Of a stretch of DNA of 64,000 nucleotides, positions 8,998 to 17,935 are shown one piece after another. The DNA is taken from the NCBI GenBank assembly GCA_028821605.1, contig JAPPFM010000003.1, positions 29,388-93,387 on the forward strand. Direction: 5' to 3'. Source of the stretch: Candidatus Poribacteria bacterium. Its GTDB lineage: Bacteria; Poribacteria; WGA-4E; WGA-3G. A program made the position numbers and the translations under genes. The notes beneath the pieces were generated by a model. That model was not told where the DNA came from. It made no database searches and saw only the letters and a list, made by a program, of their open reading frames with translations. The stretch's first letter is position 1. Each line of letters starts with the position of its first letter.

Positions 8998-9378
8998 TTA
9001 GACTGTTCTGCCCTCAGTCGGTTCAGAAGCCAAGGGTGTTTCGTTACTCCGCGCGAGGGGTGATGATGATACACCTCTCTGGGAACGGTAAGCGTCAGCA
9101 GGTTGATTTCGGATTAAAATCAGGTCTTCTCCATCACGTTCAATGATGTCATTTTGCATTAACGTGATTTCAAATTTTCGCATACTGGTCATAAAGTTGA
9201 TGGTGACGCGTGCCGCTGCTTCCAACTTAATTCGCCAACCGGTTTCGGTTTTCGTTCGAGTGAACCGATCGCCAATATCAAGCGACTGCATTTGCACAGC
9301 GTTAATAATGATGCCGCTTTGTGCTTGCGTCTGATTTTGGGTTTCGGTTGCATTCTCGTTGTTATTTTGTTCCGCCAT
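8998..9378 (-). CDS. Hypothetical protein (N/Q/T-rich N-terminus), upstream partner of the 8429-8965 ORF
   Basis: 126-aa ORF with GGAGTAG/GGAG-like SD (gaggtggagtagcacATG). Only a 32-nt gap to the next ORF on the same strand. Confidence 0.55.
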   Translation of the reverse strand: MAEQNNNENATETQNQTQAQSGIIINAVQMQSLDIGDRFTRTKTETGWRIKLEAAARVTINFMTSMRKFEITLMQNDIIERDGEDLILIRNQPADAYRSQRGVSSSPLARSNETPLASEPTEGRTV

Positions 9379-9572
9379 GTGCTACTCCACCTCTATAAGA
9401 TATGAATTGCGCATATTTTAGCATAGACGGTTGTCTATTGTCAAAATTATTTTTTCCCAAGAAAAAGGCGGTTAGGAAACCTCGCCAGCGGCGGGTGAGA
9501 TGGTTTAAAGATGGGACGCTTATATGGCAGTCAACAAGAGGAGCGATCGAGGTATCGTTTCTACAGAAGAAA

Positions 9573-9668
9573 GTCGGGAATCGGAGTTCCCTCTTACAGG
9601 AGACAAAAAACAGATTGACAGTCGGGAATCGGAGTTCCCTCCTACAGGAAAGAAAAAGCAGGTTGACA
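9573..9668 (+). repeat. Tandem 2 x 48-bp unit (R2 hairpin + A-rich spacer + TTGACA)
   Basis: Units 9573-9620 and 9621-9668 match at 43/48 positions. Confidence 0.9.
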
Positions 9669-9692
9669 GATGCCTCTGAATTAGACTATAAT
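9663..9692 (+). promoter_or_regulatory. Sigma70-type promoter (TTGACA-18-TATAAT); the -35 box is contributed by the second repeat unit
   Basis: TTGACA at 9663-9668, TATAAT at 9687-9692. Confidence 0.6.
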
Positions 9693-9718
9693 ATCTGGTG
9701 AAAGGACTAACATCAGAT

Positions 9719-12094
9719 ATGCGATTCACCTATTTTTGGCCCGGGTGGGCAGTTACGCTTGGCATTGGCATCGTCATCGGTATAACCGTACTTTTTTATT
9801 TCCGGGTCGCGCGTCCCATAGATCCAAGGTATAGATTTTTACTCATTGCGCTACGGATTGTTGCAGCGTCAATCCTGCTTGGGTGTCTTTTAGCCCCTGT
9901 TGTCATTGAAAAGAGAGATGTCACGCCGTCAACACATCTCTCCATTTTAGTGGACACCTCTCAAAGTATGCAACTCGTCGATCCACATATCGGTGAGATA
10001 TCCGAATCGAGGCTCAGTCAGGTGAATCAACTTCTGTTCAAGGTACCACGACCATTCCTGCAAGCCTTACAGGACAGGTTTGAGGTCCATCTCTACCCTT
10101 TCGATACGGAACTGCATCAAAGCATTCTATTGTTACAAGATGGCGATTCCCGCATGCCAGCGTTTGAACCGGAAGGTGCGCTCACTGATATTGGAACCGC
10201 TATCCGAGAGGCGGCAGCAGCATGGAAAGGACAACAAACTGCTGGTATTGTCCTTATTACAGATGGCGCGCACAATTCCGGACAATTTCCTCTGGAAAGG
10301 ATTACTGCATTGGAGGTGCCGATCTATCCAATAGGTGTCGGTTCTGTGGATCCACCAAAAGATATTCAGATTCAGCGTGTTGACTACACACCGATTGCTT
10401 ACACAAACCATGAGAGTGTCATCCGTGTGAGCGTTATGCAAACGGGCTACACTGGCAAAACGACACGACTGTCGTTGCGAGAAGCGAATAGCAAGCGTTT
10501 TATAGATGACGCGACGTTGACGTTTGAACCACATGAGGACACGGATTCCGCAAGGGACAGTACAAAACAGGTTGTTGAATTGAAGTTGACACCGCAGACA
10601 GAGGGGAACTTCCAATATACTGTCGTGCTTCCGACACTCGACGGTGAACTTACGGAGGCAAACAATCAAAAGACTTTTTCGGTGAAGGTTGTAAAAGCAA
10701 AACTCAACGTTTTTTATCTTGAAGGCAAACCGAGATGGGACTACACGTTTTTAAAACGAGCATTGGAGCGGGACCCGGATATTGAGGCGACTTGTGCGAT
10801 TTTATCGTCCAATAGATTAAATGCGCGACTTACTGGGACTGTACTCAACCGCTTAGATGGGTATTATCCACAAGCAACACCGGTATCGGACACGCCACGA
10901 TTCCCCGAAACGCCCGCTGAGTTTTCCAAGTATGATGTGTTGATTTTAGGTGATTTGGAGGGTGAGCAGCTTACCGGTACACAACAACGTGGGATTGTTG
11001 ACTTCGTTGAAATGCAGGGGAAACCGATTATTTTTCTGCCCTCTCGGCGTATGCTCGGTGTCAATGGACTTGGAAACACAGAATTGGCTCAACTTTTACC
11101 AATTGAGATTCCGCGAAACGGGTGTCGTGTAGAAGACACGGAATTCACTGTGCAGCCGACACCATCGGGAGCATTCCACCCAATGTTGCAGCTGAGTGAT
11201 ACACAAACGGACCGAACCGCAATGTTAGGGGAAAACAGTGGAACCTTATGGCGAAACATGCCGGCGTTGTCGAGATCCTTCAGTGGATTTCGTCTCAGAG
11301 GTGGCGCAACGGCTCTGATGGAGAACGGAAGAGGCACCCCGATTCTGATCCTTCAGAGAGCGGGATTGGGCAAAAGTCTGCTCATCGCGGCAGAGGGTCT
11401 CTGGAACTGGGACTTTGGTGTTAAAACTTTCAAAGACATTCGCTATCACACGATCTATCCACGCTTTTGGGCACAGGTGTTGCGATGGATGGCAACGGAC
11501 ACCGATGACAAAAACATATACCTTACGACTGATGCCTCCGCTTATGCAATAGGGGATACAGCGAAGGTTACAGCATATTTGTACTCTGAAACGTATCAAC
11601 CGCAAGCGGGAGCGACGGTCCAAATTGAAGTGGTGCCTCCCGATGGAGCAGCTTTCCAACTCCAGATACGCGCAGCGACTGAAGACACAAGTGAAGGACG
11701 TTCGCAACAGAACACAATCGCCAACATGGGGAATCTCTATGCTGCTCAATTCGCACTCTTACAGAAGGGGAACTACCGCATTCGTGCAACAGGTAGAAGT
11801 GGCAATTTAAATTTGGGCGAGGATCGGCTCGATATTTTCGTCCATCCACAGCTGGCGGAATTAGAGGCACCACAACTCAATGAAAACTTGTTGAAACAAC
11901 TCGCAGCACAAACCGGTGGTGCCTATTCTAACATAGCCGACGCGGAATCAATGCTTGAAAATATTGCCGACGTTCAACACTCTATATTTGTCGATGCAGA
12001 ACGTGAACTCTGGGCACATCCCTTGGTTCTTCTTACGGTTGTCGGATTGTTGGGGACTGAATGGTTTTTGCGTAAGCGTATTGGAATGACTTGA
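9719..12094 (+). CDS. Membrane-anchored VWA-domain protein (BatA-N-like double-TM N-terminus)
   Basis: Two N-terminal TM helices. MIDAS motif DxSxS in ILVDTSQSMQ. Large C-terminal region and a terminal TM. ATG at 9719 is preferred because GTG at 9698 lies only 6 nt after the -10 box. Confidence 0.75.
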   Translation: MRFTYFWPGWAVTLGIGIVIGITVLFYFRVARPIDPRYRFLLIALRIVAASILLGCLLAPVVIEKRDVTPSTHLSILVDTSQSMQLVDPHIGEISESRLSQVNQLLFKVPRPFLQALQDRFEVHLYPFDTELHQSILLLQDGDSRMPAFEPEGALTDIGTAIREAAAAWKGQQTAGIVLITDGAHNSGQFPLERITALEVPIYPIGVGSVDPPKDIQIQRVDYTPIAYTNHESVIRVSVMQTGYTGKTTRLSLREANSKRFIDDATLTFEPHEDTDSARDSTKQVVELKLTPQTEGNFQYTVVLPTLDGELTEANNQKTFSVKVVKAKLNVFYLEGKPRWDYTFLKRALERDPDIEATCAILSSNRLNARLTGTVLNRLDGYYPQATPVSDTPRFPETPAEFSKYDVLILGDLEGEQLTGTQQRGIVDFVEMQGKPIIFLPSRRMLGVNGLGNTELAQLLPIEIPRNGCRVEDTEFTVQPTPSGAFHPMLQLSDTQTDRTAMLGENSGTLWRNMPALSRSFSGFRLRGGATALMENGRGTPILILQRAGLGKSLLIAAEGLWNWDFGVKTFKDIRYHTIYPRFWAQVLRWMATDTDDKNIYLTTDASAYAIGDTAKVTAYLYSETYQPQAGATVQIEVVPPDGAAFQLQIRAATEDTSEGRSQQNTIANMGNLYAAQFALLQKGNYRIRATGRSGNLNLGEDRLDIFVHPQLAELEAPQLNENLLKQLAAQTGGAYSNIADAESMLENIADVQHSIFVDAERELWAHPLVLLTVVGLLGTEWFLRKRIGMT

Positions 12095-12100
12095 GGAATA

Positions 12101-12236
12101 GTTATTGGTTATCAGTTAAAGAGCGATTTGTGGAATTGACGCGACGCTCAACCGCCACAAGACCCCTCTTAAGTGAAGACTGACGACTGATAACTATCTC
12201 AACTGAAAGCCTGCGTAGCAGGCAAACCGATAACGG
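12101..12236 (+). repeat. Family H heptamer-arm inverted-repeat element in a 5' UTR
   Basis: Left arm GTTATTGGTTATCAGTT, centre ..GCCACAAGACCCCTCTTAAG.., right arm GACTGACGACTGATAACTATC. Ends 7 nt before the ATG at 12243. Confidence 0.7.
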
Positions 12237-12242
12237 CAAAAT

Positions 12243-12935
12243 ATGATACTATCAATTAAATGGAAACTACTTTTGGTCGGTTGCCTCCTACTTTGTGCGA
12301 TGATTGGAACACAGGGATGGCAAGGTTTGCAGGCTTCCAATGTCCCGCTAACGATCGCCCAAGTTCATTATGGAGGTGGTGGCGATTGGTACGGCGACGC
12401 GACGACCATTAAAAATTGGCTCCAACTTCTCCGAACCCGAATGGGTATTGAGACTACCAAGGACAGAGTAATTCTTAAGTTGACAGATCACACGCTTTAT
12501 CAATACCCGATGCTCTACTTGGTAGGACACGGGAATATTCGGTTGACTGAGAGTGAAGTTGAGGCATTGCGGGACTATCTTACGCTTGGCGGTTTCCTGT
12601 TCGCCAATGACGATTACGGACTTGATGAGAGTTTTCGCCGTGAAATGCGTCGGGTCTTTCCAGAACAGGAGCTGCAACCGATACCGAACACACATCTAAT
12701 TTATCGCTGCTTCTATGAACTGAAAGGCTTGCCGAAAATCCATGTACATGACGCTGAGCCTGCCCAAGGATTTGGACTCTTTCACGACGGACGCATGGCT
12801 GTTTATTACGCTTACAGTGCTGACATCGGTGATGGGCTTGAAGATGCTGACGTACATCCTGATGATACCCCACAAGTACGCGAACTTGCAGCAAAGATGG
12901 CAGTAAATATCGCTGTATACGCACTAACGCACTAA
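12243..12935 (+). CDS. DUF4159-like protein (Bat-cluster associated)
   Basis: Signal/TM N-terminus. HYGGGGDWYGD..LYLVGHG..GGFLFANDDYG pattern as I recall it for DUF4159. Confidence 0.7.
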   Translation: MILSIKWKLLLVGCLLLCAMIGTQGWQGLQASNVPLTIAQVHYGGGGDWYGDATTIKNWLQLLRTRMGIETTKDRVILKLTDHTLYQYPMLYLVGHGNIRLTESEVEALRDYLTLGGFLFANDDYGLDESFRREMRRVFPEQELQPIPNTHLIYRCFYELKGLPKIHVHDAEPAQGFGLFHDGRMAVYYAYSADIGDGLEDADVHPDDTPQVRELAAKMAVNIAVYALTH

Positions 12936-12940
12936 AGGAG

Positions 12941-13096
12941 GTTTTCAGTTTTCAGTTTTCAGAGGATCAGTTTTCGGTTTTCAGTTATCAGTGATAAGAG
13001 GTACTGTGGCTGCCACAAGAACCCTTTTAACTCTCACTGCAAGGAAAACCAACTGACAACTGATGACCCCTCCTCTGACAACTAATAACTGACAAC
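12941..13096 (+). repeat. Family H heptamer-arm inverted-repeat element in a 5' UTR (largest copy)
   Basis: The left arm is built from GTTTTCA/GTTATCA heptamers and the right arm from their complements (ACTGACAAC, ACTGATGAC). The centre contains GCCACAAGAACCCTTTTAA. Ends 9 nt before the ATG at 13106. Confidence 0.8.
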
Positions 13097-13105
13097 TATT
13101 ATACG

Positions 13106-16100
13106 ATGGAAACACAAGATGTAAACCGCGCTTACGAAAATATTATAAGTCGCTTGCATGCCGTTCGGAGACAGTGGCGATGGCTTATTTTCTCCGAAAG
13201 CGTGCTAAAGTGCTTTGCGATTCTTGCGCTGCTGATGACAAGCACCCTTATCATTTTAACGGTTAGTTTTCAAGCATGGCAGTTTCCTTTCTCGCGTTGG
13301 ATACGTATCGCGATCCTTTTAGTGGCAATAGGTGGTGCTATCTATGCGGTCATCCGAACACTTATTCTACCTCTCTGCGGTAAATTCACGGATACTGCAG
13401 TCGCAATGCGCCTTGAATCGACACAGACAGAAACGGAATTCGCCTCTGAAAATCGAATTCTCAGTGCTATCCAACTTCGGAAAAACTTAACGGATAATCC
13501 GCTCGGATATGCCCGTGAATTTATCGAACATCTTATCGTTCAAGCCGGTCAAGATGTAGAACACGTTCAACCGAAGCAGATATTCCAGAGCGAGTTTCAG
13601 AAGATTAAACGAAATGCTGGCATTGCTATTGCAGGTGCGGGACTCCTTTTGGTTACACATCTTCTCCTACCTACCGCTTTTACAGGCTTTGCCCTGGCAT
13701 TTCAGACCTTACCGAAAGCACTGCAGGAAGATGCCGCGTATCTGAAAGACACCATTCAAATTACAGAAATTCAACCGGGTAGTATTCAGATTGAACGAGG
13801 GAGTGATGTTAAGGTGACTACCAAAGTAGATGGACATTTCGATGCGCCTGTTTCTCTCTACTATCGCGTTGGAAGTGGTGATGCCGTTACACCAACTGCT
13901 GAATGGCAACCGCTACCGATGCACCGTAACCCTATTGACCCTGGGCACATCTCACAAACTTCCGATACGCTATTTCCATACAGCGCGACGCTTGAAAATG
14001 TGACGCGTCCACTTCAATACTATATTTCTGTCAGCGAAGTGGTATCGGCGCAATATCAAGTGACAATCAGCAATGAACCAATTGTCACGCAGTTCCAGTA
14101 TCGACTTAATTATCCTGCCTACACGCGGCTACAGCCCCAGACGCTTCCTGTGGACATCGGAGACATTCAAGTGCTTTTTGGAACGGAAATTGTGTTCACC
14201 GGAAAGAGCAACAAACCGCTTCAGAAGGCATCCCTCGTCTTTGAAGCGTCAGGTGATGTTCCATTGGAAATTAGGGAGAAACATTTACAAGAGACTACTA
14301 CACAAGATGGAAGGATGGAAGGATGGAAGGATGAAGAGGTGGGCACCCACGCTTCCACCGTTCCCTCTTCCATTCAAGGATCTTTTATTGCCCAACAGAG
14401 TGGGAACTATCATATCCAAATTACAGACATTGAGGGTTTCACAAATCGGGACCCGGTGAAGTATATGCTCACTGTTCTGGAGGATGCTACCCCTGATGTT
14501 GCTATCGTCGAACCTGCACGGGATACCGTCTTGGATGATGCGATGCTGGTGGAACTGAAGGTTGAAGCCACAGATGATTATGGCATACAGGAACTCCAAT
14601 TGGTATATCGCGTTGAGAGTGAAGGTGCCGAAGAGGTGAATGTCCCGTTGAAGCGTTGGGATTCAGCGGGTACCGCCGTGCGCAGATCGGTTTCTGTGAC
14701 ATACGCATGGAACGTGGATCGGATTGGCATTTTTCCGGGTGAAGTGCTTGCTTATTACGTCCAAGCGTTGGATATCGACAACGTCTCAGGACCGAATATC
14801 GGGAAATCTCATACTTATACGCTCCGTTTCCCGTCCCTCTCCGAATTATATGACGCGATTGCTTCCGAACAAGAGGTTGAACAACGAGGACTTGAAGAGC
14901 TTGTCGATGAACAGGCGGACGCTACCGGTTTGGTTGACACGCTCCTTGATAAGATCAGGAAGAGCCAAGAGCTTACCCTCAACGATGAAAATCTGATGCA
15001 ACAGGTGCTTGAAAATCAGAAACAGATTGAGGAAACAGCCAAGCAGTTAATCGAAGATATGAAGCAGACGGCAAAGGAGATGGAGCAGGATCAACTCTTT
15101 GATACTGAAACTATTGAGAAATATCAGGAACTGCAAAACCTGATGGAGAAGGCACTTTCTGAAGAGCATAAAGAACTTTTGCGGAAGCTTTCAGAAGCCC
15201 TGGCGAAACAGCAGATGAGTGAACAAGAGCAGTCAATGACGGAAGCGAATCTCAGTCAAGAACAGTTTTTACAACAATTGGAACGTGCCAAATCGCTTTA
15301 TGAACAGATTCTCCTTCAGCAAAGACTTGAGGCTGCCGCCAAACAAGCAGAGGCTCTCGCTGAACAACAGAAGCAGCTGATGGATACGCTGGAATCGGAA
15401 GCACAATCCGCGCCTATAAATGACCTTGCAGAAAAAGAGGATAGAGTCGCAAGCGAGTTTGAACATCTCAGCGAGGAGTTAGATGAACTCGGCACCGAGA
15501 TGAAGGATATGGCTCAAAACAGTGACAATGCTCCACCGCAAATAGAGCGACTTGCGGACGAGATCAAACGGCTCAATCAGTTTGCACGCGATCAGAATTT
15601 GTCGGAAATGCTTGAGGCGACCAGTGAAAGTCTCCGAAGTGGACAGAACAGTGAGGCACTCGAATCGGGGCGGGAAGCAGAACAGACACTCACAGAGGTC
15701 GCGCAAGGCTTGGATAACGCGCTTGCATTCATGGAAGGTGCGAATGCGAACGAAACGCTGACCGCAATGCAGGAAGCCGTTCAAAGTGGGCTTCATCTCT
15801 CACATCTCCATGAAAAGGTGCTCACCCAAACCAATGACATTCTCATCGCTGGGCAAACTGATGCCTATATTCCGAATGAGATTGTGCGCTTGCAGCAACT
15901 CGCCGCTGATGAACTCGGTGCGGCGGAGAGTATTACTCAACTCTCCAGTAAGCTTTGGGAGTTAGGGAGCCGACAGATGGAAGTGCCGCCCGAAGTTATA
16001 TGGCATCTTAACGCCTCAAACGATGCACTCTCGCGTGCCGCACGTGCCTTGGAGGATAGACAACCGAGCCTCGCACTGCCGATCCAAAAGGCTGCGCTTG

Positions 16101-16729
16101 CCGATCTCAATCAGGCAATCTTTGAACTGCTTGACGCGATGGCACAGATGAACCAGCAGATGGGTGCCAGCGGGTTTGAGAACATGATGGAACAGTTACA
16201 ACAACTTGCCGAGAGTCAGGAGCAGCTGAATGAGATGGCGCAGAACCTGAACCAGCAGCTGCGAGAACAAGGACGAACTCCGGGACTTGAACAGATGATG
16301 CAGCAACTCGCCGACCAACAGCAGCTTATTCGAGAGGCAGCCGAACGACTCGCTGAACGGGCAGAGCAGATGGCACAGATGCTCGGGAGTCTTGAAGATG
16401 TCGCTGAGGAGATGACCGAAGTTGAAAAATCACTTCGTCAAGGTGAACTTGACGAGCAGGTGCTTGATCGACAGGCACAGATTTTGACGCGGATGCTCGA
16501 CAGTCTGAAATCGCTGCAGAAACGGGATGTCGGTAAACAGCGCAAGGCGAAAGTCGCAGAAAATTCCGAGGCACCGGCACAGGAAATCCCACCTTTACAT
16601 CCTGAATTGCTCGAAATCGTTCGGAAGTTAGAAACGACACCTCACGCGAAAGAGTTTGAGGACATTCCGTTCCAATACCGGGAGCAGCTACGAAAGTATT
16701 TTAAAGCACTTTCGCAAAAGACGCAGTAA
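13106..16729 (+). CDS. Large membrane-anchored coiled-coil protein (DUF4175-like; Bat-cluster associated)
   Basis: 1207 aa. N-terminal TM helices and a very long Q/E/L-rich coiled-coil C-terminal half. The family name is from memory and from its position after DUF4159. Confidence 0.6.
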   Translation: METQDVNRAYENIISRLHAVRRQWRWLIFSESVLKCFAILALLMTSTLIILTVSFQAWQFPFSRWIRIAILLVAIGGAIYAVIRTLILPLCGKFTDTAVAMRLESTQTETEFASENRILSAIQLRKNLTDNPLGYAREFIEHLIVQAGQDVEHVQPKQIFQSEFQKIKRNAGIAIAGAGLLLVTHLLLPTAFTGFALAFQTLPKALQEDAAYLKDTIQITEIQPGSIQIERGSDVKVTTKVDGHFDAPVSLYYRVGSGDAVTPTAEWQPLPMHRNPIDPGHISQTSDTLFPYSATLENVTRPLQYYISVSEVVSAQYQVTISNEPIVTQFQYRLNYPAYTRLQPQTLPVDIGDIQVLFGTEIVFTGKSNKPLQKASLVFEASGDVPLEIREKHLQETTTQDGRMEGWKDEEVGTHASTVPSSIQGSFIAQQSGNYHIQITDIEGFTNRDPVKYMLTVLEDATPDVAIVEPARDTVLDDAMLVELKVEATDDYGIQELQLVYRVESEGAEEVNVPLKRWDSAGTAVRRSVSVTYAWNVDRIGIFPGEVLAYYVQALDIDNVSGPNIGKSHTYTLRFPSLSELYDAIASEQEVEQRGLEELVDEQADATGLVDTLLDKIRKSQELTLNDENLMQQVLENQKQIEETAKQLIEDMKQTAKEMEQDQLFDTETIEKYQELQNLMEKALSEEHKELLRKLSEALAKQQMSEQEQSMTEANLSQEQFLQQLERAKSLYEQILLQQRLEAAAKQAEALAEQQKQLMDTLESEAQSAPINDLAEKEDRVASEFEHLSEELDELGTEMKDMAQNSDNAPPQIERLADEIKRLNQFARDQNLSEMLEATSESLRSGQNSEALESGREAEQTLTEVAQGLDNALAFMEGANANETLTAMQEAVQSGLHLSHLHEKVLTQTNDILIAGQTDAYIPNEIVRLQQLAADELGAAESITQLSSKLWELGSRQMEVPPEVIWHLNASNDALSRAARALEDRQPSLALPIQKAALADLNQAIFELLDAMAQMNQQMGASGFENMMEQLQQLAESQEQLNEMAQNLNQQLREQGRTPGLEQMMQQLADQQQLIREAAERLAERAEQMAQMLGSLEDVAEEMTEVEKSLRQGELDEQVLDRQAQILTRMLDSLKSLQKRDVGKQRKAKVAENSEAPAQEIPPLHPELLEIVRKLETTPHAKEFEDIPFQYREQLRKYFKALSQKTQ

Positions 16730-16780
16730 GCGAGTTTATACAAGATTGAGTCCTATTAAAACAACGTGGTGGAAGAATTC

Positions 16781-17935
16781 ATGAACCGTAGAAATTTTTT
16801 GATTAACGGAGGCACCGCATTGGGAGGACTATTTCTCGCGAATGGTACCTCACGATTGGACGCGGACAGTCATGAAATTCATATTGAGGAATATATAAAC
16901 GAAAGGGAAAAAGCAATGAAGACAGCGGTTAGTATTGTTGACGATGCGTTTTATATCAACGGAGAAATCACCTATCCAGGACGTTTCTACCAAGACCATA
17001 AAATAGAGGGATTGCTTATCAACACACGCATGGTGCAAGGTGTCTTTGATGATCGGAATTCGGAAACCGTTCATCTGTGGGAATATCCAGATACAGGCGA
17101 ATGGGACGCTGAGCGCAATACTCGTGAATTTTTAGCGGCAATGCCGACGTGGCGTGCACACGGTGTGTTGGCGTTTACCATCAATCTCCAAGGTGGTAGT
17201 CCGGAAGGTTACTCTAAAGCGCAACCGTGGCATAACTCCGGTATAGAAGCCGACGGCAGTCTCAATTCCGATTATCTCTCGCGGCTTGAGCGCATCATTG
17301 ACTTTGCTGATACACTGGGTATGGTTGTCATTCTCGGTTACTTCTACTTTGGGCAGGACCATCGACTGGCGGATGAAGACGCTGTCAAACGTGCCGTGGA
17401 CAATGCAACCGGTTGGCTCTTTGATAAGGGATACACCAACGTTATCGTTGAGGTAAACAATGAGTGCAACGTGAGATACTCGCATGAAATTCTACAGCCG
17501 CATCGGGTACACGAATTGATAGAACGTGTAAAAGAGAGGACACGTTATGGGAATAGATTTCTCGTCGGGACGAGTTACGGTGGTGGCAGAGTGCCACTTG
17601 AAAACGTCGTCCGCTCCTCTGATTTTCTGCTTGTTCACGGAAATGGCGTGAGCGATCCGAACCGCATCATTGAGATGGTCCAACAGACGCGCGAGGTGCT
17701 GGGTTACCGTCCGATGCCGATTCTTTTTAATGAAGACGACCATTTCGATTTTGATAAACCACTAAATAACTTCGTTGCTGCTGTGAGCCAATACGCCTCA
17801 TGGGGCTACTTTGACCCCGGTGAAAACGACTATTGTAACGGTTACCAATCTGTGCCGGTGCAATGGCAAATCAACACACCGCGCAAACGCGCCTTTTTTG
17901 AGAAGGCTCGCGACATCACTGGCTTCAACTCTTGA
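16781..17935 (+). CDS. Tat-exported TIM-barrel glycoside-hydrolase-like protein
   Basis: MNRRNFLINGGTALGG twin-arginine signal. VIVEVNNECN resembles the GH5-type Asn-Glu acid/base motif. ATG at 16781 is preferred over GTG at 16766. Confidence 0.6.
   Translation: MNRRNFLINGGTALGGLFLANGTSRLDADSHEIHIEEYINEREKAMKTAVSIVDDAFYINGEITYPGRFYQDHKIEGLLINTRMVQGVFDDRNSETVHLWEYPDTGEWDAERNTREFLAAMPTWRAHGVLAFTINLQGGSPEGYSKAQPWHNSGIEADGSLNSDYLSRLERIIDFADTLGMVVILGYFYFGQDHRLADEDAVKRAVDNATGWLFDKGYTNVIVEVNNECNVRYSHEILQPHRVHELIERVKERTRYGNRFLVGTSYGGGRVPLENVVRSSDFLLVHGNGVSDPNRIIEMVQQTREVLGYRPMPILFNEDDHFDFDKPLNNFVAAVSQYASWGYFDPGENDYCNGYQSVPVQWQINTPRKRAFFEKARDITGFNS

Noticed and set aside
9402-9701. 99-aa plus-strand ORF (and similarly 6145-6426, 93 aa)
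   Set aside because: Both are translations of REP hairpin arrays. The peptide itself repeats (..VGNRSSLLQE.. twice). They are not genes.
14073-14459. 128-aa alternative-frame ORF across the octamer repeat
   Set aside because: It is fully embedded in the 1207-aa gene with no independent start signals. It would matter only if the octamer repeat slips.
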